A stretch of DNA of 64,000 bases from Azolla caroliniana (lineage: Eukaryota > Plantae > Polypodiophyta). This document shows positions 1-11,910 of this stretch, in pieces; within the stretch, counting starts at the first letter, position 1, and each line of letters opens with the position of its first letter. The notes below the pieces were generated by a model. That model had not been told where the DNA came from. It saw nothing but the letters and a program-made list of their open reading frames with translations, and did not search any database. The DNA lies in contig JBHGNT010000018.1 of assembly GCA_043228905.1 (NCBI GenBank), positions 14,756,001-14,820,000 on the forward strand, written 5' to 3'. The position numbers and the translations under genes are program-made.

Positions 1-1853
1 AACCGGCCATAAGTTGAAGGTAGTCCGAGCGGACAATGGCGGAGAGTACCGCGGACCATTCAAAGAATATTGCCGAAAAGAAGGAATCCGGCTTGAGTAT
101 ACTGTACCAAAAACGCTGGAGCTGAATGGGTTGGCCGAGAGAATGAATTGGACCATAATGGAGAGAGTATGAAGCATGCTTGCACATGCAAAATTACCGA
201 AAACGTTCTGGGCTGAGGCGCTAATGACAACAACATATGTGATAAACCAATCACCCTCAATAACGTTGGACGGTGATATTCCACAATGGGTGTGGAGCGG
301 CAAAGACGTGTCGTACTGACATTTGAGGGTGTTCAGTTGTCTTGCTTTTGTGCTTGTGGCAAAGGACTAGAGGGGGAAATTAGACCCGAAATCTCGGCCG
401 TGCATATTTCTCGGTTACGGTGATGATGAGTTTGGCTATTGGCTCTAGGACTTAGCCGAGAAGAAGGTGATTAGGAGCCGAGACATTATCTTCATGGAAG
501 AGGAGACAATGATTGATTGGGAGAATGAGAAAAAGTCTCCAACCACCGAATCGAGCCAAGTTGATGCTCAACTGGATCGTGTAGATGACGGTTTGATACC
601 AGTCGATCGATCTAATACTCGGCAAAATCAAGAAACAACTGATGACCGGGGAGTCGGCCGAACAAGGAACCGAAATTGACTCGAATGAAGAGGTTAAAGA
701 CGAACTAACCGTACCAAACGCAGGCCGAAGATACACCCTTAGAGAGCGAAGAGCCCCCCAAAGATTTTCGGATGAAGAACACGTACTGCTAACCGATGAG
801 GGGGAGCCCAAAAGCTACAAAGAAGCTAAGAAAGATACCCACAACCGAGAGTGGTTACGTACCATGCAAGAGGAGATGAATTCCTTGCATGAGAACCACA
901 CATATGAACTGACCAAGTTGCCGAAGGGGAAGAAGGCACTCCGAAATAAGTGGGTATACAAGTTGAAACCGGGAGATGGCCAAAATCTACCCAAATATAA
1001 AGCACGAATTGTCGTAAAAGGGTTTCAATAGAAGAAGGGCGTGGATTTCAACGAAATATTTGCCCCGGTAGTGAAGATGACATCCATCCGAACCGCGCTG
1101 AGCATTGTGGCCAGCATGGATCTCGAAGTCGTACAATTGGATGTCAAGACAGTGTTTCTGCATAGAGATCTCGAGGAGATATATATGCAACAGCCAGAAG
1201 GATTCATAATGAAAGGTAAAGAAAACCTGTTATATCGATTGAGGAAGAGCCTGTACGGGTTGAAGCAGGCTCCACGACAATGGTACCAAAAATTCGAATC
1301 CTTCATGACCGAAAACGGGTACCACAAAACGCAAGCCGATCACTGCGTATTTGTGAAGAAGTTCGATGGAGGAGATTTCCTCATCCTTTTATTGTACGTG
1401 GACAACATGCTAATTGTCGGACGGGACCATATGAAGATCCGAGCACTGAAGAAGGCCTTGAACGGGTCATTCTCGATGAAGGATATGGGTCCGACAAAGC
1501 AAATCCTGGGTATGCACATTGTTCGGGATAGAACAAAGAAATTGTTATGGCTGTCACAGGAGAAATATGTGACAAAGGTGCTCCAAAGATTCGACATGGA
1601 AGGCGCGAAACTGGTCGGCTCGACACTGCGACGAACTACAAGTTGAGTAAAGATCAATGTTTGAAATCGAAAACCGAAAAGGCTGAGATGTCAAAAGTCC
1701 CCTATGCCTCGGCAGTTGGAAGCCTGATGTACGCAATGGTGTGTACCAGGCCGGACATTGGATACGTCGTTAGAGTGGTCAGCCGATATATGAGCAATCC
1801 TGGGAAAGAGCATTAGGCTGCCTTGAAATGGATATTTCAGTACCTGAGAGGCA
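1..1853 (+). mobile_element. Ty1/copia (Tnt1/Tork-like) internal fragment: integrase C-terminal half and RT, degenerate
   Basis: ORFs 642-1031, 1041-1646 and 1547-1816 give [40 protein letters not shown] and KVPYASAVGSLMYAMVCTRPDI, broken by stops and frameshifts. It ends abruptly after WIFQYLRG. Confidence 0.93.
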
Positions 1854-1928
1854 TGTTTCAACATAACCGGGTCGCTTTGGCTCTCGAAGTTTGAGAAACC
1901 ATTCTTTATGAGATGTCATATGGTTTGA
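1854..1928 (-). other. Locally inverted ~75-bp piece of a copia protease region
   Basis: The reverse complement reads SNHMTSHKEWFLKLREPKRPGYVET, which is the peptide expected directly before the + strand GDDTMHPI at 1929 (compare SNHMTSHKEWFSYLEKPIQPGVVATGDDTPHPI in ORF 16907-17428). Confidence 0.85.
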
Positions 1929-2620
1929 GAGATGACACTATGCACCCGATTCAGCACATTGGCAATGTTCCGTTCGGCGAAATAGGTAAGCAAACATACA
2001 TTAAAAATGTCTTGCATGTTCCCACAATCACAAAGAATTTGGTCTTGGTCAGCCAAATGGTTGAGCAAGGGATGCACGTACGATTCGACCAAGAAGGGTG
2101 CTTCATTGAAAAAGAGGGCTGAATCATCGCGCACTGAAGAAGAGAGGGCCGGATGTTCATTCTCGATTCACATGAGATGAAATCCACCATGTTCGCAAAA
2201 AGCACGAAAGCCAACTCCAACATAGAGCTTTGGCACAAGCGAATCGGCCACATCAATCTCAACAAACTCAAAGCAATGAAATCGAAAGGAGTCATCATCA
2301 CACTCCCGACATTCAAAGAGAAGGAGATTGAAGGTGTATGCGAAGCGCGCCAATTCGGCAAGCAACACCGACATCCATTCCCGAAAGAGCAATGTCGTGT
2401 GAATCTTCACACACTATGTAAAAAAATAATGAAACAATTATTTTAGGTTAGATTAGTAGCTTGTTATAGAAATATGGATGTACTCAAGAGCTTCAAAACG
2501 CATTTTACTACATACAAAATAGACAACTACATATCAAGTTAGGTGGAGATGAAGCTTGAGAAGATAGGGAAAATACAATTGTGAAGTATCCCACATAGAT
2601 AGGAAACTTAATGCCCTGGC

Positions 2621-3689
2621 TAGGGATCGGCAACGGTTCGGTTTAGGCTTAGCCGGTTTGGCCTAATCCAAGCCAAACCGGCTAAGCCTAAACCGTTTAC
2701 AGGATCTCAAACCTGAGCCGAGCCGGTTCACAAACCGGTTTAGGCTAAACCGGTTTATGCTAAACCGGTTTGTGAACCGGCTTGGTAAACGGCTTGTAAA
2801 CCGGTTTCCAAACCGGCTTGGAAACCGGTTTAGAAACCTCCGTCTCTCCCTCTCTCTCTCTCCCTACCTCCCTCTCTCTCTTAGATGATCCCTCCCACTC
2901 TCTCTCACGTCTGTGGTCTCGACTCTCTCTCCCTCTCCCTCTCTCTCCCCTCTATGTAAATCCTCTCTCTCTCCCCTCTATGTAGTTCCTCTCTCTCTCT
3001 CTCTCTCTCTCTCTCACGTCTATGGTCTCGACTCTCCCTCCCTTTCTCTCTCTCTCCCCTCTATGTAGTTCATCTCTCTCTCTCTCTCTCTCCCCTCTAT
3101 GTAGTCTCTCTCTCTCTCCCCTCTATGTAGTTCCTCTCTCTCTCTCTCTCTCTCTCCCCTCTATGTAGTTCCTCTCTCTCTCTCTCTCTCTCTCCCCTCT
3201 GTGTAGTCTCTCTCTCTCTCTCTCTCTCCCCTTTGTGTAGTCTCTCTGTCTCTCCCCTCTCTGTCTCTCCCCTCTATGTAGTTCCTCTCTCTCTCTCTGT
3301 CTCTCTCCTTATATGTTGTCTCCCTCCCTCTCTCTCTCTCTCCTCGTTTGTGTAGTCTCTCTCTCTCTCTCTCCTTATATGTTGTCTCCCTCCCTCTGTC
3401 TCTCTCTCCTCGTCTATGTAGTTCTCCCTCCCTTACTCTCTCTCTCTCTTTCCCCTTGTCTGTTTGTCTCTCTCCCCCTCTCTAAAGTTTATAAACGGCT
3501 TAAACGGTTTATCCGGCTTAGCCGGCTTGAGCCGGTTTGGCGAGGCTCAAGCCAAGCCGAGCCGAGCTCAAACTGTTAAGGCAAGTTCAAGCCTAAACCG
3601 AGCCGAGCCGAGCCGCTAAGCCGCTAAGCCGTTTTCAAGCCGGCTAAGCCAAACGGTTTAGGCTTGAGCCGAGCCGTTGCCGATCCCTA
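2621..3689. mobile_element. Non-autonomous hAT (Ac/Ds-like) DNA transposon, 1069 bp
   Basis: Perfect 8-bp TSD GCCCTGGC (2613-2620 and 3690-3697). 16-bp perfect TIR TAGGGATCGGCAACGG. Dense subterminal AAACCGG/AAACGG repeats at both ends and no transposase ORF. Confidence 0.93.
2824..3483. repeat. (CT)n-rich minisatellite (units CCCCTCTATGTAGTTC(CT)n) inside the hAT element
   Basis: Directly visible tandem units separated by CT runs of variable length. Confidence 0.9.
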
Positions 3690-4224
3690 GCCCTGGCTAT
3701 ATAAGCACATTGAGATCCCTCATTTTTCATTTGTGCTAAGAACACTTTGGCCACTTTGTCTTGATGGATGATGGTGGCCAAGTTCCCAAAAACCGGAAAC
3801 CGGTTGGTAAGCAACCCGGAACCGGCCGGAAAGCAAACCGGAACCAGCCGGTAAGCAATCCGGAACTGGCGAAATCGGCAATCGGATGGTGTCGGAAATC
3901 GGGCGGATTCGACAACCGACGACGATCGAGACGGACAGATGATAGAATCATGTGGCTAATTAAAGTGAAGTGAAGAAAACTAAAGTAAAGGTCATGTGGA
4001 CGGTTGCATGCAACTAAAAGAAAAAGCCATGCAACTAAAAATAGATGCAACTAAAAGAAAAAGCTATGCAACTAAAAGTAGAGGCCATGCAACAAAAAGT
4101 GGACATGCATATGATCAATGGGGAACTCCATATAAAATTCCATTTTTTTTACACTCATACTCTCTCCATATTTTTTTTTTCTTTTTTTTCTTAGCTCTCT
4201 TATCTTATCGAAGCGATATCTCTC

Positions 4225-4385
4225 ATAAACCCTAATTTCCTTACGGAAACCAAAAACCCTAATTTTCCCTACGGAAACCAAAAACCCTAAATTTCCCTAC
4301 GGAAGCCAAAAACCCTAATTTTCCATACGGAAGCTATTGAACTCATAAACCATAATCTCTTATCAAAGCCAAAAACCCTAAATTT
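4225..4385 (+). repeat. Tandem ~28-29-bp repeats containing telo-box AAACCCTAA within the gypsy LTR
   Basis: Repeated GGAAACCAAAAACCCTAATTTTCCCTAC-like units. Confidence 0.8.
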
Positions 4386-6550
4386 CTATTGAATCCATAT
4401 TTAGTTTCTTCTAATCTCCATAAGCTAAACTTTTGTAATCCCAATCTTGGGATTGATTGTAATCTTTCTTTCTATTTGTTAATGAAATTTGTCAATCTTT
4501 CTTATTTCGGTTAATTCTTAGTACATAAATACACAAATTTGATATTCTCTGGTCGGAGGCCCCGGGGTCCTGCCTCAAGTTCACATATCCTTGTCGTATT
4601 TTCGCGACATCTTTGGTGAACCCGTTCATGTATTCTCGTCGTATTTTTGCGACAGCGGAACATGAGCAAAGGTCTACTCGACGTAGTCCATTTCGACGTA
4701 TGGGGACCGGCGTAACCGGCTACATTCGATGGATGCTGATATTACGTGCTCTTCATCGACAACTTCTCCAAGCACACGTGGCTCTATTCGATGCGGCAAA
4801 AGAGCAAAGTGTTCAGACACTTCGAAGGTTTAAAAATGAAGTCGAAAAAGCCACTGGTCGTCATGTACGATGCCTTCGATCGGATGGCGGCAAGGAGTAC
4901 TTCTCGGACGATTTCACGACGTATCTCCGAAAGGAAGGAATTCAGCGAGAATTCAGCGATGGATTGAAGCCATGAACGAGGAGATGCAGGCACTACGCAA
5001 GAAGGAGACGTGGGATCTCGTTCCCACCTCACCACACAAAAGGTGATCAGATGTAGATGGATTTACAAAGTGAAGTACAACGCCGACGGTTCCGTCAACC
5101 GCTACAAAGCGTGACTTGTAGCGAAAGGCTACACACAAACGCACGGAGTTGACTACGAAGAGACCTTTGCCCCGGTGGCAAAGATGACGACGGTATGGAC
5201 CGTAATTGCACTTGCTACGGCGAAAGGGTGGCACCTCCATCAAATGGACGTCAAGAACGCCTTTCTACAAGGCGAATTAGAAGAGGAGGTGTACATGCTA
5301 CAACACCCCGCCTTCAACTTGATCACCCATCCGAAAGCTGTATGCTGACTCAAGAAGCCACTTTACGGCCTCAAACAAGCACCGCGTTCTTGGCATTCGA
5401 AGATAATGCAATATCTTCATCAAATCGGCTTCCGTATGTCAAAATCGGACAACTCCCTCTACATACGAAACGATTCCGCAAGTCCGATCGTCATCATCTT
5501 ATATGTGGATAACCTAGTCATTGGAGGTGAGCATCTCGTCGAAATCAATAAGGTTAAATCCCTCCTTTCCGACAAGTTCGAGATGACGGACATGAAGGGG
5601 CTCCACTACTTCCTCGGCATCGAGGTAATTCGGACTCCGGCCGGAATCATGATCTCTCAACGACACTACATCCTCAACTTGTTATACAAGTTCAGTATGG
5701 ATGAGTGCAAATCTGCGGCAACCCCACTCAATCGCAATCTCAAACTAGATAAGAACTCCGACACCAAAGCATGTGAGCCGACTCATTATTGGCAACTCAT
5801 CGGGAGTCTCATCTACCTCACGATCACACGACCCAATCTGAGTTATCCGGTCGGTCTCCTTAGCCAATTTATGCAAACATTGCGTAATACTCACTTGGAT
5901 TGCGCTAAGGGAGTTCTACAATACGTGAGCGGCACAATGGATTGTGGCATCCTCTACAAGACCGCGATGCTAATACGACTCGAGGGGTACATAGACGCCA
6001 ATTGGGCCGGCTACAAAGTCGAGAGAAGATCAACCTTCGGATTTGTTTTTTCTCTCGGTAGCGGAGCAATATCTTGGAGCAGCAAAAAGCAACCAACCGT
6101 CGGTCTTTCGAGCACAGAGGCGGAATATAGGGGCGCAGCAGTGGCCGTATGTGAAGCCGTCTGGCTCAAAAGGATACTCATGTTGTCGCTCTTGATTCTT
6201 TACATATTCATCGATGATAGTGTACATGTTGATGGCGTTAACCGAAATTATGTGTTGATCGTGAAGATAGCTGAAGTCCACGACTTCCTCGATTTCGCCG
6301 ATGGTGTCGTTAAATGAGGGTTCTTCTATAATATTAGTCACGAACTCTTCCATTTCAATTATGTTTTCTTCTTTCAGCATCTTCTCGAAGTCTTGTATTC
6401 GACGCATGTCCTTCTTGTCGGGTAGTACTAGTTTACATGCGCCACTAGGTGTGACACATGTTGCTTCTCCGCGCAATCCACGTGCTCTATTTTCTTGTGG
6501 GGACTTGTGATTGCTCGGACTATTTGTTCCTCATGCTCCAATAGTCCGCT

Positions 6551-7181
6551 CTAAAAATCTAGGGATTCGCCTCCAAGACTATCTCGATTTCTTTCATGAT
6601 TAGCTCGCACCGTTAGGAATTGAACGGATCTTTGATTGTCAAGACTCTTGATTCGCGCGAAGGCTGCTCCATTATCGAACACCTTGGTCTGCATCCGGGA
6701 TGATGTGATATACGGTTGTCCTAGGATGACAGGATGCGACGCCGATTCTTGCACGAAGAAGTGTTGATCCATCTCCACATCCCCGATCGTGACTTTAACA
6801 TTGGGACAAGCTCCGTACAAGTCCTCTGTAGACTTTGTAGCCACTCGAATCTTCCATCCGTGGTTTGTATTGATTGGCCATCTTCCTTTTTTGTAGAAAT
6901 CAGTTGACATGAGGTTGATCTCCGAGCCATGGTCGATCAAGGCTACCACGGTCTCTTTCTTCTCCCTAATCTTCACCGGTGTCTCTGTTGTCGCTCGTGC
7001 CCAATTAGGTGAAGTATAGTGGCTGTCCACCATATCTTCATCGACTTCATCCCTTTCCATCGTTATGGCATTTGTTTCTGCTTTTTGTGGCTTCTCTTCT
7101 TCCTCATCCGATTGTTGCCTCTTTCTCTTTACAAGGTCTACGATCGTGTCATGGAACTCCTTCTTCATAATGCCAAGTAAT
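6551..7181 (-). pseudogene. Gypsy aspartic protease region (end of the gag-PR ORF)
   Basis: ORF 6551-7195 contains VVALIDHGSEINLM...HPVILGQPY and ends ...SLDF-stop. Confidence 0.88.
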
Positions 7182-7795
7182 TGTCGCACTTCCATGCTCG
7201 GCCACCACCAAGGAACAGAATCGATTCACAGAAAACGGGAAGTACAAGAATGCACGAAAAACAATAGAGAGAAGGGTACACTGGATGTTTTACGTGGAAA
7301 ACCCTAAATGGGAAAAACCACGGGAGTGCAAGACTCCAACTATCACTATGCGCGGGAATGTACAATGGCGAGCTGCAAGGCGACGACCTTGAGCTCGCTG
7401 TCCTCGCCACAGGCGGCGGTATTACACAGAGGCGTCGACCTCTTCCTTCCTCCTTCTCTCTCACTCTCTCTCGGCTGCTCTCACTTCGCTCCCTCTTAGT
7501 GGAAAACAGAAAAAAATGAGCAACAACATAAACTGTTTGCCCTAAGTCATATTTATACACATATGACTTTCGGGCTATTTACAAATATAGCCTCAAGGGC
7601 TCTTGGCAAACATATTCACAAATATGTCCCCGCATCCGGATCTCCCTCCGGGTCATTCGTCATCCGGCTCCGTAGCCGGGGTATTCATCATCCGGCTCCG
7701 TAGCCAGGTTCTTCGTCATCCGGCTCCGTAACCACAACCGGGCTTGCCGTCATTCATCTCCGGACATCCCATCCGGAGGGACCGAAATCCCAACA
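7182..7795 (-). repeat. 3' LTR of copia A (614 bp)
   Basis: TG...CA ends, adjacent to the PPT, with three 28-bp U3 repeat units. Confidence 0.97.
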
Positions 7796-7805
7796 AACTC
7801 CCCCT

Positions 7806-10800
7806 TCACTTCGGCATGGGATGTCTCTCCAGTCCGATCCTCTTCCGGCATGCTTCCAGCTTGTCGGGTGTGAGCACCTTGGTCAGCATATCCGACCCGT
7901 TCTCGTCCGTGTGGACCTTCGTCAGCACGAACTCCTTGTCTTCTATCCTTTCCCGGATCCAGTGATATCTTCGCTGGATGTGCTTCGTCCGGGAGTGATA
8001 AGCCGCGTTCTTCGCAAGGTGGATGGCACTCTGACTGTCGCAGTAGAGTCGGTACTCCTCCTGCTGGATACCGAGCTCTCTAATGAAGTCCTTCATCCAT
8101 ATTATTTCCTTGCTGGCTTCAACAGCCGCCATGTACTCCGCCTCCGTGGTGGACAACGCAACCGTCTTCTGCAGCCTCGACTGCCACGAAACAGCTCCAC
8201 CTGCATACGTCATCACATACCCTGATGTGGACCGGCTGGTATCTGCATCAGCCGACATATCCGAATCGGTAAAGCCGTCGAATTCGGGCTTACCGGAGCC
8301 GAATCGGAGGCACACGTTTGCCGTGCCCTTCAGGTATCGGAGTATCCACTTGACCGCGTTCCAGTGCTCTTTGCCGGGATTGCTCATGTACCGGCTCACC
8401 ACTCCAACTGCATATCCTATGTCCGGTCTTGTACACACCATTGCGTACATTAAGCTTCCGACGGCAGAGGCATATGGTACTTTCGTCATGTCCTCCTTCT
8501 CAGCCTTTGTCTTGGGGCTTTGCTTGCTGGACAACTTGCAGTTTCCCGGGAGGGTTGACCCGACCGGTCTTGCTTCCGACATGTTGAACCGGTGAAGCAC
8601 CTTTGTCACGTACTTCTCCTGTGACAGCCACAACTGCTTCTTCTTCCGGTCCCGGATGATGTGCATCCCTAGTATTTGCCTCGCCGGACCCAGGTCCTTC
8701 ATTGAGAAGGTTCGGTGAAGCGCTTTCTTCAGCGTCCGTATCTTGACCTGGTCCCGTCCGACGATCAACATGTCGTCCACGTACAGGAGGAGTATTAGGG
8801 AGTCTCCTCCTTCGAACTTCTTCACAAACACGCAGTGATCAGACTGCGTTTTGTGGTACCCTTCGTCGGTCATGAAGGAGTCGAACTTCCGGTACCATTG
8901 CCGGGGAGCCTGCTTCAGTCCGTAAAGGCTCTTCTTCAACCGGCATACCAGGTGCTCCTTCCCTTTCTTCTCGAATCCTTCCGGTTGCTGCATGTAGATC
9001 TCTTCTTCGAGGTCACCGTGAAGGAATGCCGTCTTCACGTCCATCTGTTCTACCTCGAGGTCCATGCTTGCCGCTATGCTCAGCACCGTCCGGATGGAGG
9101 TCATCTTCACTACCGGGGCGAATATCTCGTCGAAGTCGACGCCCTTCTTCTGCTGAAACCCCTTCACCACGATCCTGGCTTTGTATCTCGGGGGGTTTCC
9201 GGCATCTCCCGGTTTCAGCTTGAACACCCACTTGTTTCGAAGTGCCCGCTTTCCTTTCGGCAACTCCACAAGTTCTTATGTGTGGTTCTCATGCAGGGAA
9301 TCCATCTCGTCCTGCATGGCACTCAACCACCTGCGGCTCTGGGTGTCATGCTTTGCTTCTTCAAAGCTCTCCGGCTCCCCTTCGTCGGTTAGCAGCACGT
9401 GCTCTGGTTCCGGAAATCTCCGGGGGGCCCTTCTCTCTCTTAGAGGATATCTCCGTTCCGGAGCTTCGGTAACCGGTTCTTCCGATTCTTCTTCATCCGA
9501 ATCCATTTCGGGATCGGGGCCGGTTCCGGTATCATTCTCATCTTCTTCGGCCGGTTCTGTTTCTTCACCGTCTTCGGCCGGATCCTCGAGTGTTAACCGG
9601 TCCCTTGCCGGTCGGGACTGCTCCTCGTAGAGTTGATCCTCACCGGTCGACTTGGAGCTCTTCATCTTCTTCTCCGACTCCCAGTCGGCGAGTGTCTTGT
9701 CCTCCATGAAGATGATGTCTCGACTCCTGAATATCTTCTTGTCGACCGGGTCCCATACTCGGTAGCCGAACTCGTCGTCGCCGTAACCGAGGAATATGCA
9801 TGGCCGGGTCTTTGGATCTAGCTTTCCTCTCCGGTCCTTTGCCACATGCACGTATGCGAGACACCCGAACACCTTCAGATGCCGGTAGGACACTTCCTTA
9901 CCGGTCCACACTTTCTGCGGCGTGTCTCCGTCCAAAGGTACTGAGGGTGATCTGTTTATCACGTATGTCGCCGTCGACATTGCCTCAGCCCAAAACCCCT
10001 TGGGTAATTTCGCATGCGCCAGCATACTCCGGACCCTCTCCATTATGGTCCGGTTCATCCTCTTGGCCAGCCCGTTTAGTTCCGGCGTCTTCGGCACAGT
10101 AAACTCGAGCCGGATTCCCTTCGAGCGACAGTACTCCTGGAACTGCCCCCGGTATTCCCCTCCGTTATCCGCTCGTATCGCTTTCAGCTTCTTGCCGGAT
10201 TCCCTTTCCACTCTCGCATGGAGTTCTTTGAAGACGGACAACACTTGGTCCTTTGTCTTCAACGGCGCCGTCCACAGCTTCCGGCTGTGATCATCAATGA
10301 AAGTCACGAAGTACTGGGCTCCGCCATGTGACTTCGTTTCTACCTGACACACATCAGTGTGCACCAACTCCAATGGTGTGCTACGTCTCGTCGGTGGCCT
10401 TGAGTGGAAGGAGGTTCGGTTCTGCTTACCGGCCAGGCAATCAGTGCACTTCTCCAGGTGCACATGCTTTACTGGAATAAGGTTGTCTTCTGCAAGCCTC
10501 TTCATCCCCTTCTCACTCATGTGGCACAGTCTTTTGTGCCACAGCTCACCGGCAGTGTCGGCTGCCACATTCAGCTCTTCCGGACACAACCAGGCATTCA
10601 TAAGGTACAGTGTGTTGACTTTCCGGGCCCGAGACACTATCAGGCTTCCCTTGCTGAACTTCATTACGCCGTTCCGGATGCTACCTGTGTAGCCTTCATC
10701 GTCTAGCCTCCCGGCCGAAATCAGGTTCAATCGAACCTCCGGAACGTGTCGGACATCCTTCAGCAGCATTTTGCATCCGGTCGGGGTTGTCAACCATACG

Positions 10801-11879
10801 TCTCCTATGCCGGCAATCTGGCACGTACCTTCATTTCCCATCCGAACACAGCCATGTTCACCGGCTGTGTAGGATGAGAAGTATCTGCTTTCCGGGGTCA
10901 GGTGGAACAACGCTCCGGAATCGACCACCCAGGTAGTCTCATCGCCGGCAATGTTTAGTTCACCTTCTTCGATGATGAGCATGATCTCCTCTTCACTTGC
11001 CGCGAGTGCCGTCGTTCCTTTCCGGTCCTGCCCTCGCCGATCCGGACCTCTCCGGTCCGTGGCTCCCCGGTATGCACCGTTTCTCTCCGGTGACTTCTTC
11101 GAATCGGTGTCGTCGGCTCCGTTGTCCTTTCGGTAATGCCGACAATTCTTCCGGAAGTGCCCCGGCTTCCCATAGTGGAAGCATGTTGGCCTTCCTCTTG
11201 ACTGCGACCGGGTCCCCGACTTCTCCCGTCTTTGCGGACTCCGGTTCCATTGTCTTCCCCGTTCCGATTCGGTAAGCAGCGCCTTCGAGTCGGAGACCGG
11301 TTCTTTATCTCTCCGACGCGCTTCTTCGTTCAAAATACTTGTCTTTACCGTTTGTAGGGACAAGTTATCTTCGGCGCAGGAGGTGCTGAGAGTCACCACC
11401 AAGTTCTCCCAGCTGTCCGGCAATGTACACATTAGGATGATGGCTTGCATTGCATCCTCCAACGGGAACTTGATCGCCGCAAGCTGGTTCACGAATCCCA
11501 TGAACGTGCTTACGTGTTCCACCATACTCTCGCCGTCCCGGTACTTGAGGTTCACTATCTTTCTCATCAGGGAGGTCCGGTTCAACGCATTCTTCCTCTC
11601 GTAGAGGCCCGACAGCTTCCTCCACATCTCATATGCGTTGGTGTCGTTCGCCACGTGTTGTAGAACGCTCACGTCGACGTATTGCCGAATGGTTGCAACG
11701 GCTTTCCGGTTCAGAAGCCTCCACTCCGTCTCAAGTACCCCCTTGGGTATTTCCGACCTGTCGATCGGTTCATACAGGTCCCGAACAATGAGCAGATCCT
11801 CCATCTTTATCTTCCAGTCGGCGTAGTTCTGCGCATTCAGCACCATCATCCCCGGCTGCCCGCTGCTGCCGCCTTCCAT
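7806..11879 (-). pseudogene. Copia A gag-pol polyprotein (~1357 aa) with a single in-frame TAA at 9276-9278
   Basis: ORFs 9276-11918 and 7806-9269 are in the same frame. Motifs WVVDSG, LWHKRLCH, HTDV..FIDD..RADNGGEY, LYVDD, FTDSD, EAEY and YHSRTKHI. Likely ATG at 11879 (MEGGSS). Confidence 0.95.
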
Positions 11880-11895
11880 TTTCTGTGTTACCGTC

Positions 11896-11907
11896 GCTCT
11901 GATACCA
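11896..11907 (-). promoter_or_regulatory. Primer-binding site, initiator tRNA-Met
   Basis: TGGTATCAGAGC lies 3 nt inside the 5' LTR. Confidence 0.95.
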
Positions 11908-11910
11908 CTT

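Larger units (their letters stand above)
2393..4654 (+). mobile_element. Gypsy LTR (2393-4609) plus tRNA-Trp PBS stub and a second copy of the LTR's last ~31 bp
   Basis: TGTCG...CGACA termini. TGGTGAACCCG follows at 4614. TATATAA at 3698. Flanks GCAA (2389-2392) and GCGG (4655-4658) form a degenerate 4-bp TSD, and the host copia frame PKE|RNMSKGLLDVVH rejoins when the insert is removed. Confidence 0.85.
1929..6180 (+). mobile_element. Ty1/copia family B' internal fragment (PR, GAG-pre-integrase, partial INT, RT, start of RNase H), interrupted by a gypsy LTR at 2393-4654
   Basis: [32 protein letters not shown] and GAISWSSKKQPTV are present. There is an internal deletion near 4957 (INT jumps to RWIEAMNEEM). 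It is truncated at 6180 and belongs to the same family as 53991-57948. Confidence 0.9.

Noticed and set aside
3313-3579. Leu/Ser-rich hydrophobic ORF
   Set aside because: Translation of the CT minisatellite.
5406-6317. Long ORFs with novel-looking ends (also 12558-13370, 18205-18672, 39431-39943, 54629-55618 and 56099-56545)
   Set aside because: They are chimeric read-throughs across insertion or deletion junctions or LTRs.
9276-9278. Programmed stop read-through between INT and RT
   Set aside because: Sister copies (38154-39233, 52104-52733, 642-1031) have Tyr here, so it is a nonsense mutation.
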